The position numbers and the translations under genes are program-made. From an uncultured Planctomycetaceae bacterium (lineage in GTDB: Bacteria > Planctomycetota > Planctomycetia > Planctomycetales > Planctomycetaceae), in NCBI GenBank assembly GCA_963815195.1, contig CAWFGE010000016.1, positions 32,001-96,000 of the forward strand: a DNA stretch of 64,000 nt, read 5' to 3'. The notes below the pieces were generated by a model, which was not told the origin of the DNA, ran no database searches, and was given only the letters and a program-made list of their open reading frames with translations. Below, piece after piece: positions 23,004 to 34,127 of the stretch. Each line of letters starts with the position of its first letter. Within the stretch, counting starts at the first letter, position 1.

Positions 23004-23447
23004 TTTCAGCTGAGAGCTAAGCTAAAGGCTTATCGAGGAATAACTGTTTCAATTTGACAGGAATCATCTCCTCGGGGAATCCAGCATTGTCTTGCCGCCG
23101 CTTCGCGGCTGAGGAATTTCCACCGGCACGTCTGTTCGCGTTCCAAATCTCGCTGGAATTTTGACGATCGAAAACTGGATTGTCGTTGCCCAGCGGATCC
23201 TGAATTTGGCGGCACACTTTGTGTCCTTTGCCCCTTTGTGTCCTTTGCCCCTCAAATTCAACAACTTCGATTATCGCCGGCGATTCGATTGAATTTACCG
23301 GCAGAATTGGTCGAGACCTTGGGAATGGAATGCCTGTCGTCCTGGAAGCGTCTCGCCGATGCGCAGACCGCACATGGGGACTTCGGGCTTGTTCTTGAGG
23401 CGATTTGTTGCGGGTGGATTGATCATCCACTTCTTGAGGGGGACTCA

Positions 23448-24207
23448 ATGATTGCAATTTCCGAGAAGACGGACTGCGCGAATTCCATCAGCTATGCGAC
23501 CGTTCGCGAGTATTGCCAGAGCGCGGACGATTATCCCGAGTTGTCGTTTCAGCAGCAGGACCTCAAAGATGCCCAAAGACCCTGGGCCGTCAAGGTCATT
23601 CGGGAACTTCTGCCGCGCGGCGCGGCTCGTGGAAGTCGGCAGCGGCGAGCCGATGGTCGCCAACGTGCTGACGAACTACGGATACCACGTCACCGTCATC
23701 GATCCCTTGGATGGATTGGCCCGGGGCCCGGACAATTTTGAAGCGATCCGCGCGCAATATCCCAACGTCCGCATCATTCGGGACTTGTTCACAACCCGGC
23801 TCGCCCGCGAACTCAACGAGTCCTTCGACGCCGTGTTTTCCATTTCCGTTTTGGAGCACATTCCGCCCGAAGACCTCCCGGATTTGTTCGCCGCGACGCG
23901 GATGGTCCTCAAGTCCGGAGGCTTTTCGATTCATGCCGTGGATCATGTCTTGGAAGGCAAGGCCCGGGAGTTCCACGAGGAGCAGCTTCTGCGAGTTTCC
24001 GAGGAGCAGAACGTCATCTCCCAGAGCGGCCATTCAGCCGGCGTTCTTCAAAAGAACCTTCAGCAACTGCTGGCCGGTGCCCGGCAGGATTTGGAGACGT
24101 ATTATCTCTCGGCGATGGGCCACAATCTCTGGCGGGGCAACTTGGCGTACGACGAGTTTCCGTTCCGCAAATGTATTTCCGTGCAATTCATCGCCCGCCG
24201 CCCCTAG
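23448..24207 (+). CDS. Class I SAM-dependent methyltransferase; frameshift near 23625
   Basis: RBS GAGGGGGA, then MIAISEK...; LVEVGSGE and FDAVFSISVLEHIP...LKSGG motifs. Confidence 0.75.
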
Positions 24208-24271
24208 ACCAAATGGACGCGAAACCCAAGTTCAGTAGTTCCAAAGTCTCGGAAAAGGAATTCGTTCCCCA

Positions 24272-24383
24272 AGAGCCGCGCACGAAGTAAGCGGTTTTTT
24301 CTAGATTTGCCGATCGCAATACGTTTACTTCGTGCGCGGCTCTGGCGTTTTTTGGCAATACCGCTTACTTCGTGCGCGGCTCT
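24272..24383. repeat. Cluster of three REP-like 23-mers (one forward, two inverted)
   Basis: AGAGCCGCGCACGAAGTAAGCGG at 24272, with reverse-complement copies at 24321 and 24361. Confidence 0.8.
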
Positions 24384-24424
24384 GGCTGGTTCGAGACGCT
24401 GTCACCATGCGCTCGACGGCGTTC

Positions 24425-25249
24425 TCAAAAGTTGTGCCCTTCCTGGGGGCCGTTTTTTGTGAGCGTCAGCACCTCGGGGCCGTCTTGGGTCATGAGGATG
24501 GTGTGCTCGAACTGGGCGGAGAGACCGCCGTCCAAGGTGCGGACGGTCCAGCCGTCGGCGGAATCGAGCGTGGTGCGATAGGTGCCCACGTTGAGCATCG
24601 GCTCGATCGTGAAGCACATGCCGGGCTTGACGATGGTGCGGCCAAGCTTGCTGTCGGGATAATGCGGGACGCCGGGCTCTTGGTGAAACTGCCGGCCGAT
24701 GCCGTGGCCTTGGTATTCGCGGACGACTTCCAAACCACGGGCCCGGGCGAAGTGATAGATCGCCTGGCCGATGTCGCGGATTCGGCCGCCGGGCTGGATC
24801 GCGTGAATCCCTTTCCAAAGGGCTTCAAACGTAATCTGCACGAGCCGGCGGGCTTCGTCGGACACTTCGCCGATGAGAAACGTTTCCGACTGGTCGCCGA
24901 ACCAGCCGTCCACGATGGTCGTCAGATCGACGTTGACGATATCGCCTTCCTGCAACGGGCGGGAATCGGGAATGCCGTGGCAGACGACTTCGTTCACGCT
25001 CGTGCAAATGCTTTTGGGGAAGCCCTTGTAGCCCAGGCACGCGGGAATGTGCCCGTGGGCGCGGGTGTAGTCCTCCACGAGGCGGTCGAGTTCTTCAGTG
25101 GTCACGCCGGCTTTGACGTGAGGCCGGATGTAATCCATCAACTGGGCATTGAACCCTGAGGCCTCCCGCAAATGCTGCCGGTCTCGCTCGTTATAAATCG
25201 GGGCTTTTTTCACCAACACAACACGTTTCCGCCGGAGGGATTGACGCAA
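24425..25249 (-). CDS. map: Methionine aminopeptidase type I
   Basis: [47 protein letters not shown]. The start may be slightly downstream. Confidence 0.97.
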   Translation of the reverse strand: MRQSLRRKRVVLVKKAPIYNERDRQHLREASGFNAQLMDYIRPHVKAGVTTEELDRLVEDYTRAHGHIPACLGYKGFPKSICTSVNEVVCHGIPDSRPLQEGDIVNVDLTTIVDGWFGDQSETFLIGEVSDEARRLVQITFEALWKGIHAIQPGGRIRDIGQAIYHFARARGLEVVREYQGHGIGRQFHQEPGVPHYPDSKLGRTIVKPGMCFTIEPMLNVGTYRTTLDSADGWTVRTLDGGLSAQFEHTILMTQDGPEVLTLTKNGPQEGHNF

Positions 25250-25594
25250 GAAAGCAAAGTGCGCACTGGCTTTGTGAAATAATTGTTGTGTCTTGCCCCC
25301 TGAAGTTCAACTGCGCGAAAGAACTTCGCCCAAAGCGCCGGCGTTTTGCCGCCGGATTTTGCCTGCGCAGAACGTCCCCACAGCCCACCAGATGTTCCTC
25401 ATCGAATCGGTCGCGGTTCTGACAGAACCTCTACAATCGATGCCCAACACTCCTGCTTCACGGTTTCTGGCAATTCTCTCGCCGTTTTGCCACAGCTTCG
25501 AAAGCCCAGGATTGAATACTTTCTTTAGGGCACGGCTGGAACGGGTTTGGTTTCCGCCAACGCCCCGCAAGATGTGGAGCAACAGGGGGATAGA

Positions 25595-26158
25595 ATGTCC
25601 ACAGAAAGCTCAATCACGCATCAGCCGCCTGGCTTTTCGGATTTGCTGCCGAGTTTTCGGAGCCGCTTTGAAGGCGTGATCGGCACCTTGGCCGAGATTC
25701 AAGGCATCCTCCGAAACGCCCGCGCCCCGTTGCCGCTTTCAAAGATCAACGATCTGCTTGGTCACGTCCAACTAGGAAGCGCCGACATCGAGGCGGAGTT
25801 TCTTCCCCATCCCGAGCATTACTCTCGAAACGTCGTGTTCGAGGACGTCCGCAGTTCCCTGGTGGCGATCACGTGGCTGCCCGGCCAGTCGTCGCCCATT
25901 CACAATCATTGCGACTCCGCCTGCGGAGTGCGGGTGGTCGAGGGAATCGCCGCGGAAGCCAAATTCCTGCCCGTGGGCGACGGCCAGGCCGTGCGCCTCG
26001 GCTCGGATGTCCTCTATCAAGCCGGCGAGATCTTCGGCGGCGAAGGCAGCAACGATCTTCATCTCGTCGCGAACCGCGGCCAGAAAATCCTCCGAACTCT
26101 GCACATCTATTCCCCGCCCCTCAAACCCGCAATGATGCAGATCTTCGACGAAGTTTAA
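25595..26158 (+). CDS. Cysteine dioxygenase family (cupin) protein
   Basis: YSRN, WLPGQSSPIHNH, HLVAN, TLHIYSPPL. Confidence 0.9.
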   Translation: MSTESSITHQPPGFSDLLPSFRSRFEGVIGTLAEIQGILRNARAPLPLSKINDLLGHVQLGSADIEAEFLPHPEHYSRNVVFEDVRSSLVAITWLPGQSSPIHNHCDSACGVRVVEGIAAEAKFLPVGDGQAVRLGSDVLYQAGEIFGGEGSNDLHLVANRGQKILRTLHIYSPPLKPAMMQIFDEV

Positions 26159-26370
26159 TGCCTTGCCGTGGCCGTCTGATTTCCAGCTTGGGCATCCCGT
26201 TGATTTGCTCTGGCCCCCGGGTCCGAGCCTGCGCTCTGGCGAGGCATTTCCGCGAAAAGGCCGGAAAAACCGGCGGAAACTTGCGAAAACGCATCAAAAA
26301 TCGAAAATAAAACGATGAGTGGGCGCATCGGATCCAATAGATTCCCCCTTTCCCTGGAAGGATCAGCAGC

Positions 26371-28845
26371 ATGCGATTTGCAATAACGGCTTTCCTCGTC
26401 GGCGGTTATCTCCTCTGTTCGCCCCTGGCCGGCCGCGCGGCGGAACCGACAAAAGCCGAGTTGGATTTCTTCGAGAAGAAAATCCGGCCCGTGCTGGTCA
26501 AGCACTGCTACGAATGCCATTCCGCCGATTCCAAGGAAGTCAAAGGCGGCCTGGTTCTGGACACGCGTGAGGGCCTGCGGAAAGGCGGCGAGTCGGGCGG
26601 GCACGGCGTCGTCCCCGGCGAACCGGGCGAAAGCGTGCTGATGGAAGCCCTCCGCTACGAGTCTTTCGAGATGCCCCCCAAGCAGCAGTTGCCGGAAAAC
26701 GTGATCGCCGACTTCGACAAATGGATCAAAATGGGTGCCCCCGACCCGCGGGAAGGCAAATCGCTGGTTCAGAAAAAGATCGACTTCGAAGCCGCGAAGA
26801 AATACTGGGCCTATCAGCCCCTCGCGAAACCCCAGCCGCCGAAAACCAAAACCGCGAATTGGGCCCGATCGGACATCGACCGCTTTCTGCTGGCGAAGCT
26901 GGAAGGCGCGGACCTCAAACCGGTCGCCGATGCTGAACCCGGGTCCCTCATTCGCCGGCTGTATTTCGATCTGATCGGCCTGCCGCCCACGCCCAATCAA
27001 GTTGACGAATACACGGCCAATCCCACGGCCGCCCATCTCGCTCAGATTGTGGATCGACTGCTTGATTCTCCGCAGTTCGGCGAGCGCTGGGGCCGGCATT
27101 GGCTGGATGTCGTCCGTTACGGCGAATCCACCGGCATGGAGCGAAACTACACCTATCCCCAGGCCTGGCGGTATCGGGATTACGTCATCCAATCGATCAA
27201 CCAAGACAAACCGTTCGACCGCTTTCTCACCGAGCAAATCGCCGGCGACCTCCTGCCCGCCAAGACTCCGGACGAACGCGAGCAAAATCTCGTGGCGACC
27301 GGTTTTCTGGCGATCGGGCCCAAATCGCTCAACGAACGCAACCGCGAGCAGTTCGCGATGGATGTGGTCGATGACCAGATCGATGTCGCTTCGCGGGCCT
27401 TTTTGGGGCTAACGGTCGCCTGCGCCCGCTGCCACGATCACAAATTCGACGCCATCCCGCAGAACGAATATTACGCCTTCGCGGGCATCTTCCGCAGCAC
27501 CGAAACCTACTTCGGCACCGGCGGGGGAGCCGGCAACCGCCAAGGCGGAGAACTTCTGGCGATCGCGGACGGCGAGATCAAAACCGTCAAACCCGCCGGT
27601 GGCAAAGGCAACAACAAACAGAACGTCAAACAACTCGCCAATCAAAAGCGCAAACTGGATAAGCAACTCGCCAACCTGGAAAACCGCGAGAAGACGCCCG
27701 CCGTCGAAAAACGCATCACGCAACTCGAAGAGCAGCAGGCGAAGCTCAAACGCCAACTCGCCAAGGCCCGAAAAGGCGAAGACGAGGAAGCCGAGGAAAA
27801 ACCCGCGAAAGACCAAACGCTGATCATGGGCGTGCTCGATGCTGGCAACCCGAGCGACACCGAAGTCCGTCTTCGCGGCGAACCCGACGACCGCGGCGAT
27901 CGGGTTCCGCGGGGCTTTCTGACCGTCGCCAGCCGATTCGATGTGCCGAAAATTGCGGAGTCCCACAGCGGCCGGCTGGAACTCGCCAAGTGGATCGCCG
28001 ATCCTCAAAACCCACTCACCGCGCGGGTGGCGGTCAACCGCTTCTGGCAGCACCTGTTCGGCCGGGGCATCGTGGGCACCGTCAATAACTTCGGCAACAA
28101 CGGCGAGAAGCCCTCGCATCCCGAACTGCTCGATTACCTCGCGTCCGACTTCATCCAAAACGGCTGGTCGCTGAAACATTTTGTCCGCTCGGTCGTGTTG
28201 AGCCGGGCTTATCAGCTCGGTTGCCAAAGCCAGGAAGCCGGCCTCGCCGCCGATCCGGACAACCATCTGCTCTGGCGGCAAAACCAGCGTCGGCTGGAAG
28301 CCGAGGCTCTGCGGGACGCGATGCTCTTCGCCAGCGGCGAACTGGACCTCACGCCCGCGAAAGGCTCTATCGTGTCGAAGGTGGGCGACGGCGACGTGGG
28401 CCGGAACCTCCGCGTCAGCGAGTTTGAAACCGACAACACCAAGCGCAGCGTGTATTTGCCCATTGTGCGCAGTGCCGTGCCCGAAGCCCTGGCGGTGTTC
28501 GACTTCCCGGAACCGAGCATCATCGCCGGCCAGCGGGATGTGACCACCGTCCCCACGCAGGCACTCTATATGCTCAACAGCCCGTTCGTGTTGGACCGCT
28601 CGAAGAAACTCGCCCAAAGGCTCCTCAAAGATGACAGCCTGGCGACAGACCAAAGCCGGATCGCGCGGGCCTTCCGCGACACTCTCTGCCGGGAGCCTTT
28701 GCCGGAAGAACTCGCCTCGGCCGAGAAGTTTATCAGCGAAGCGGTCCCCTTGGTGGGCACCCGCGACATGGAGCCCCGCCTCAAAGCCTGGATGGGCTTC
28801 TGCCACGTGCTGTTGGCGTCGTCCGAGTTTCGGTACTTGCAGTAA
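26371..28845 (+). CDS. Planctomycete cytochrome c / DUF1549 / DUF1553 (PSD1) protein
   Basis: [57 protein letters not shown]. Confidence 0.95.
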   Translation: MRFAITAFLVGGYLLCSPLAGRAAEPTKAELDFFEKKIRPVLVKHCYECHSADSKEVKGGLVLDTREGLRKGGESGGHGVVPGEPGESVLMEALRYESFEMPPKQQLPENVIADFDKWIKMGAPDPREGKSLVQKKIDFEAAKKYWAYQPLAKPQPPKTKTANWARSDIDRFLLAKLEGADLKPVADAEPGSLIRRLYFDLIGLPPTPNQVDEYTANPTAAHLAQIVDRLLDSPQFGERWGRHWLDVVRYGESTGMERNYTYPQAWRYRDYVIQSINQDKPFDRFLTEQIAGDLLPAKTPDEREQNLVATGFLAIGPKSLNERNREQFAMDVVDDQIDVASRAFLGLTVACARCHDHKFDAIPQNEYYAFAGIFRSTETYFGTGGGAGNRQGGELLAIADGEIKTVKPAGGKGNNKQNVKQLANQKRKLDKQLANLENREKTPAVEKRITQLEEQQAKLKRQLAKARKGEDEEAEEKPAKDQTLIMGVLDAGNPSDTEVRLRGEPDDRGDRVPRGFLTVASRFDVPKIAESHSGRLELAKWIADPQNPLTARVAVNRFWQHLFGRGIVGTVNNFGNNGEKPSHPELLDYLASDFIQNGWSLKHFVRSVVLSRAYQLGCQSQEAGLAADPDNHLLWRQNQRRLEAEALRDAMLFASGELDLTPAKGSIVSKVGDGDVGRNLRVSEFETDNTKRSVYLPIVRSAVPEALAVFDFPEPSIIAGQRDVTTVPTQALYMLNSPFVLDRSKKLAQRLLKDDSLATDQSRIARAFRDTLCREPLPEELASAEKFISEAVPLVGTRDMEPRLKAWMGFCHVLLASSEFRYLQ

Positions 28846-28849
28846 TCAA

Positions 28850-29008
28850 CCAAGCCGACACCTGGGTGTCGGTTCTAAAATCCAACCCAAGCCGACACCT
28901 GGGTGTCGGTTCTAAAATCCAACCCAAGCCGACACCTTGGTGCCGGTTCCAAAATCCAACCCAAGCCGACACCTTGGTGTCGGTTCCGCCGGCAAGCCGG
29001 CGGCTTGG
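28850..29008. repeat. Four tandem 37-bp palindromic units plus a terminal hairpin
   Basis: Unit CCAAGCCGACACCTGGGTGTCGGTTCTAAAATCCAAC starts at 28850, 28887, 28924 and 28961 (last partial). The array ends in CCGCCGGCAAGCCGGCGGCTTGG. Confidence 0.9.
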
Positions 29009-29051
29009 GCTAATTTGAAAACACACCTCCAAATCTTGAAGGATCTTCCCC

Positions 29052-30431
29052 ATGCAATTCACCCGACGCGATGTGCTCAAGGCGACCTCTTGCGGTTTTG
29101 GCTATCTCGCATTTGCGGGGCTCGCGGCAGAGGCGGCTTCCAAGTCGGCCGATTACAAAAACCCGCTCTCACCCAAGGAACCGCACTTCCCGCCCAAGGC
29201 GAAACGGGTGATCTTCCTCTGCATGCGGGGCGGCCCTTCACACGTCGATACCTTCGACTACAAGCCGGCCCTCAAGGAATACGAAGGCAAATCGCCGGGC
29301 GATGTCGAGGGACTCAACAACCAAAAGGGCCGCAAACTCATGCCTTCGCCGTTCGAGTTTTCACGGCACGGGGACAGCGGGCTTTATATTTCCGAACTCT
29401 ATCCGCACCTCGCCAAGCACGCGGACGAGCTCTGCGTGATCAACGGGGCCCACACCGATCTGCCCAACCACCCGCAGGCGTTGGTGCAGCTTCACACGGG
29501 GAATTTTCAGTTTGTGCGGCCGTCCATGGGAGCCTGGGTGCTTTATGGGTTGGGAACCGAGAACCAGAACCTGCCCGGCTTTATCACCATCAAGCCGCCG
29601 TCCCGTTTGGGCGGGGCCCAGAACTACGGCAGCTCGTTCCTTCCCGCCGTTTATCAGGGCACGAAGATCGACAACGTCCGCGCCGAAGAAGCCATCGGCA
29701 ACATCAAAAACCCCCACTTCGAAGGGTCGCTTCAGCGGAAGCAGCTGGATCTGCTCCAGTCCTTGAACCGGGGCCTCGCCGACCAGTACGCCGCCAACAG
29801 CCAGTTGGAAGGCGTGATCGAATCTTACGAACTCGCGTTCCGCATGCAGTCGGCCGTTCCCGAACTCATGGACCTCTCCAGCGAATCGGAAGAGACGATG
29901 AAGCTCTACGGCATCGGCGAGAAACAGACCGACGAGTTCGGCCGGATGTGCCTGATGGCCCGCCGATTTGCCGAAGCCGGCGTGCGGTTTATCGAACTCA
30001 CCCACGAAGGCTGGGACCAGCACCGCAGCCTCCAGGCCCGCCTGACCGCGAACACCACGGCCACCGACCAGCCGATCGCGGCCCTGATCACCGAACTCAA
30101 AAAGCTGGGCATGCTCAAGGACACGCTGATCGTGTGGGGCGGCGAGTTCGGCCGCACCCCCGCCGTCAAGAACGACGACGGCCGCGACCACAACTCCACC
30201 GGCTTTAGCATGTGGATGGCCGGCGGCGGCGTCAAAGGCGGCCTGCGTTACGGGGCCACCGACGACTTCGGCATCGCCGCCCAGGTCGACAAGTTCCACA
30301 CCCACGACTTCCACGCCACGGCGCTGCACCTCTTGGGCCTCGACCACACCAAACTCACCTACCGCTACGCCGGCCGCGACTTCCGCCTGACCGACGTCTT
30401 CGGCCGCGTCGCCGAAGGCCTGATGGCATAA
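29052..30431 (+). CDS. DUF1501 domain protein (Tat signal)
   Basis: TRRDVLK, PKAKRVIFLCMRGGPSHVDTFDYKP, WGGEFGRTP, GRDHN. Confidence 0.95.
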   Translation: MQFTRRDVLKATSCGFGYLAFAGLAAEAASKSADYKNPLSPKEPHFPPKAKRVIFLCMRGGPSHVDTFDYKPALKEYEGKSPGDVEGLNNQKGRKLMPSPFEFSRHGDSGLYISELYPHLAKHADELCVINGAHTDLPNHPQALVQLHTGNFQFVRPSMGAWVLYGLGTENQNLPGFITIKPPSRLGGAQNYGSSFLPAVYQGTKIDNVRAEEAIGNIKNPHFEGSLQRKQLDLLQSLNRGLADQYAANSQLEGVIESYELAFRMQSAVPELMDLSSESEETMKLYGIGEKQTDEFGRMCLMARRFAEAGVRFIELTHEGWDQHRSLQARLTANTTATDQPIAALITELKKLGMLKDTLIVWGGEFGRTPAVKNDDGRDHNSTGFSMWMAGGGVKGGLRYGATDDFGIAAQVDKFHTHDFHATALHLLGLDHTKLTYRYAGRDFRLTDVFGRVAEGLMA

Positions 30432-30529
30432 ATCAAGTTCAAATGCTGGAACGAAAAAGGCGCCAAACGATAACTTGGTGCCTTTTTCTATTGAAATGCA
30501 GCAATCGGTATCATTCGGGAGATTCGGGC

Positions 30530-31513
30530 ATGGGCAACACCGCGGCAGGGCAAATTCAAACGTTGCAAGGGATGGCGGCTTTTTGTGTGGGTGTCTCGCT
30601 CGCGATTGCCGGGCCGGGTGTTGGTTTCGGCGGGGAGAATCTGAAGGAGGGCGCGGCGGAGCCGATGGTTGTTGACATTTGGCCGGGGAAGGCCGCGGAC
30701 GATGATGCCGCCACGATCGGGCCGGAACATTTTCGCGATTTGATCGTCAACGGGAAGCCACACCAGGTCGCGGGCCGGCCGACGAAATGGTTGACCAACG
30801 TCACGAAGCCGACGCTGACCATCTATCCGCCACTTGCGGAGAAGAACACGGGAACCGCGATGCTGATCTGCCCGGGCGGCGGCTACCACAACCTCGGCTG
30901 GGATGTGGAAGGCGTGGAAATCGCCCGGTGGCTGAATACTCTCGGCGTGACGGGAATCATCCTCAAGTACCGCTGCCCCCGCCGGCCCGGCGATGCCAAA
31001 GGCGTGCCGCCGAAGGGGCCGCTCAAAGATGCCCAGCGGGCGGTCAGTCTGGTCCGCAGCCGGGCCAAGGACTGGAACATCGATCCGCATCGCATTGGGA
31101 TGATCGGTTTCTCGGCCGGCGGCCACCTCGTGGGCGCGACGGCGACGAACTTCGAGAAGCGGACCTACGATCCCATCGATAGGGTGGACGAAGTCAGTTG
31201 CCGGCCGGATTTCGGCATCCCGGTTTATTCCGGATATTTCAAAGTCGATGGAGGTCTGTCGCCGACTGTCCGCACGCCGAAGAACACGCCGCCGCTATTG
31301 TTCATCCATGCCTCGGACGATCCGATCAGCGATGCCGAACACAGCGTGACGATGTACCTGGCCCTCAAGCGGGCGGGCATCCACAGCGATCTGCGGGTTT
31401 ACTCCTCGGGAGGCCACGGCTTCGGAGTCCGCCCCACCAAAGCCGCCTGCTCAGCCTGGACCGCGAGCTGCACCACTTGGCTGCAGAATAAAGGCTTTCT
31501 CAATCGACAATGA
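30530..31513 (+). CDS. Alpha/beta hydrolase (acetylxylan esterase-like)
   Basis: ICPGGGY, DAQRAV, GFSAGGHL, HASDD, GGHGFG. Confidence 0.9.
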   Translation: MGNTAAGQIQTLQGMAAFCVGVSLAIAGPGVGFGGENLKEGAAEPMVVDIWPGKAADDDAATIGPEHFRDLIVNGKPHQVAGRPTKWLTNVTKPTLTIYPPLAEKNTGTAMLICPGGGYHNLGWDVEGVEIARWLNTLGVTGIILKYRCPRRPGDAKGVPPKGPLKDAQRAVSLVRSRAKDWNIDPHRIGMIGFSAGGHLVGATATNFEKRTYDPIDRVDEVSCRPDFGIPVYSGYFKVDGGLSPTVRTPKNTPPLLFIHASDDPISDAEHSVTMYLALKRAGIHSDLRVYSSGGHGFGVRPTKAACSAWTASCTTWLQNKGFLNRQ

Positions 31514-31672
31514 CGCAAAACCGTAGGGGCCGCTGTGCGGATCGGTCCATTGGCGATCTGTTAAAAACAGTTATTCAATTCATTACAATAAAGATGTGCC
31601 GACGGTCGGTCGCTCTCGCGCTGGCTCAACGGGAAGTGGTCTGAGAAAATCATGCATTGTAGGAACCAAAGA

Positions 31673-32744
31673 ATGACAAAACGAAATCGACTTGAATTGA
31701 CCTTCGGCGCCGCGGTGATGCTGCTGCTCACGATGCCGGCCATGGCTGCCGACCCACTGCCCGATCCCGACGGCAAGTCGGCGGACACGAGCAAGCCCGT
31801 GCAGGTTTACATTTTGCTCGGACAGTCCAACATGCTGGGCTTCGGCAAGATCGGTCCGGCGGACAAGCCGGGAACGTTGGAGCACGCCGTGAAGGAGAAT
31901 GGAAAATACCCTTACCTTGTCGATGACGTCGGCAATTGGACCGTTCGCAACGATGTCCGCAACGTGCGCATCATGGGGAGCGGCACAGGCGGCACGCGCG
32001 TTTTCAATAACGAGTGGATGACCATCAAGGGCCGGACGATCGGGCCCGAGATCGGCATCGGGCATTACGTCGGGCAGGCCACCGGCGCCGGTGCTGCTTC
32101 TCAAAAGCTGTATCGGCAACCGCAGTCTCGGGTGGGATCTGCTGCCGCCGGGAAGCTCGCCCTTCGAGTTCGAGGACAAAGGCAAAACCTGGCATTACGC
32201 GGGTTACAAGGAATCGCCCTTGCGCTGGGAGACAGGGACCGAGCCGAAGCGGATCAACTGGTACGCCGGCATGCAGTACGACGGCGACATCGCCCGCGCA
32301 AAGCAGGTGCTTTCCGAACTCGACACGTACTACCCCGGTGCAAAGGAGTACGAAATCGCGGGCTTTTTCTTCTGGCAAGGCGACAAGGACCGCTACGACG
32401 CCGGACACGCCAGCCGCTACGAGCAGAACCTCGTGCATCTGATCAAGCAGCTGCGTAAGGACTTCGATGCCCCGAACGCCAAGTTCGTCTGCGCCACGCT
32501 CGGTCAGACGGAGAAGGGCGCCACAGGCAACGAAGGGAAAATCCTCGAAGCCCAACTCAATGTGGACGGAAAAACCGGCAAGTACCCCGAATTCAAAGGC
32601 AACGTCGCCACCGTTTACACCCACCCGCTTTCCGAGGGCGGCGCGTCCAACAGCCACTACGGCGGCAACGCAGAGACCTACATGAACATCGGCGAAGCCA
32701 TGGGCCGCGCCATGGTGGAATTATTGAAATCGAAAAGCGAGTGA
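31673..32744 (+). CDS. Sialate O-acetylesterase (SASA/DUF303, SGNH) family; frameshift near 32088
   Basis: YILLGQSNMLG and IGPEIG in the first frame; FFFWQGDKD and SHYGGNAETY in the second. Confidence 0.85.
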
Positions 32745-32883
32745 CAATCGATTCCCCTTGTCCGATGGCGATTGAAGCGGAGTCCGCATGCTGCTGTCGT
32801 CACGGCGCCAGGCACACCGCGCATCTCTGCGACTGGGACAGTCGATTCCCGTGCAATTGCTCGTGCGTTCGGCGTTATTTCCC

Positions 32884-33897
32884 TCAGGGCGAGAGCACAT
32901 CTTCGGTCTCGAAATCAATGTCTTCTTTCCCGTGGATGGAGAGCAGCGCCCTCCAGAACTCGGAGTCCGTGCCGAACGTCATAAACCGGACCGATCCATC
33001 GCCGAACAAGACGTTCCCACCCTGAGTATGGGGACCCCCGGCCCCTGAGGCGCATTGCACTCTGGAATCGGTTTCGTCGCCTTGAAGCGAGCCTTCCCGG
33101 CCCGAAAACAGAGAGTCATGGCCGTAGATCGTTGATCCGAACCGGATCGGATAGCCGCTGACCCAGCCTGTGGATTCGTTGCACGGTTCGGAGGTATATA
33201 GCCCGCGCTTTTCCGCGACAAAGACCGTGTTGGAAAGTCCATCCTTGATCTGCTCCAAATTGCGGCATTTGTGGAGAGCTTTGAAACCACCGGGGCCATC
33301 GGCCGACAAGGTTTGGACGAACACTCCGTCTTGCCCGCCCGCCGACCCGCCCCAACTCACGGCCGCCCCTCCGCCCGCGGCGTCGCAGTTACTGCAGGCA
33401 TTGCCTGCATAGTGGATCGCGCCCGCTGCGCCAAAGTTCGTCGAGGTGCTATTTTGGGACGGGCACAGATAAATCGATACGTGGCTTTTTCGCACCAAAG
33501 CATCATCGGGGTTCATCCAGCGATTTTCTTGCTCGAGATAGGGCAGGATTTGATAGGCCCAACCCCAAGCCTGGCGTTCTTTTTTTGCGGGAATCTTGTT
33601 GATAGATCGCGATTGGGGTTGTGGTGCACCGCTTCCCCCACGAACGCTTGGTGCCCCGCCTCCCGGCAGACAGCCCAAGGTCGTGGCGTGAGCCGTCAGC
33701 GCAATCCCGATCTGCTTCAGATTGTTCTGACACTGGGCTCTGCGAGCCGCCTGGCGGGCGGACTGAATCGCCGGGAGCAGCAAAGAGGCCAACACGCCGA
33801 GGATGCTGATCACCGTCAACAGTTCCGCCAGCGTCATGCCGCGTCTTGTCCGCTTGGGGTATTTTCTTGACCGTCTGGCTCGGCGCAAGGTCTTCAT
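32884..33897 (-). CDS. DUF1559 prepilin-type N-terminal methylation domain protein
   Basis: GMTLAELLTVI, LLLPAIQSARQAARRAQCQNNLKQIG, HTQGGNVLFGDGSVRF. Confidence 0.9.
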   Translation of the reverse strand: MKTLRRARRSRKYPKRTRRGMTLAELLTVISILGVLASLLLPAIQSARQAARRAQCQNNLKQIGIALTAHATTLGCLPGGGAPSVRGGSGAPQPQSRSINKIPAKKERQAWGWAYQILPYLEQENRWMNPDDALVRKSHVSIYLCPSQNSTSTNFGAAGAIHYAGNACSNCDAAGGGAAVSWGGSAGGQDGVFVQTLSADGPGGFKALHKCRNLEQIKDGLSNTVFVAEKRGLYTSEPCNESTGWVSGYPIRFGSTIYGHDSLFSGREGSLQGDETDSRVQCASGAGGPHTQGGNVLFGDGSVRFMTFGTDSEFWRALLSIHGKEDIDFETEDVLSP

Positions 33898-34127
33898 AAT
33901 TCACCTCGATTCCACGTTGTGAAGTCAGCGTCTACTGTTTCATACATGATGTCGTGAGTCCAAATAGGCTGAATGTCGATCCTGGGAAGCAGCCTGGGAG
34001 CCAAATCGTTGAGGGCGGGAGTGCCTGGCAACCGGGGCGGCGCGGCCCATCGCCGCCGCCGGTTCCAGCACACGGAGTGTTTTATGAGGGATCCGGTATA
34101 CTCGCCGTTGCTCTGAAGGGCGGATCT

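Noticed and set aside
23217..23252. Duplicated TTTGTGTCCTTTGCCCC
   Set aside because: Two-copy low-complexity repeat with no supporting context.
24272..24383. Mini-CRISPR
   Set aside because: The copies are in mixed orientation with gaps of only 17-26 bp, which fits a REP cluster.
28850..28990. CRISPR array
   Set aside because: The units are contiguous 37-mers with near-identical linkers, no unique spacers, and no cas genes in the window.
30212..30529. N-terminal extension of the alpha/beta hydrolase
   Set aside because: It overlaps the DUF1501 3' end out of frame and has Arg/Pro-rich shadow composition. The ATG at 30530 is more plausible.
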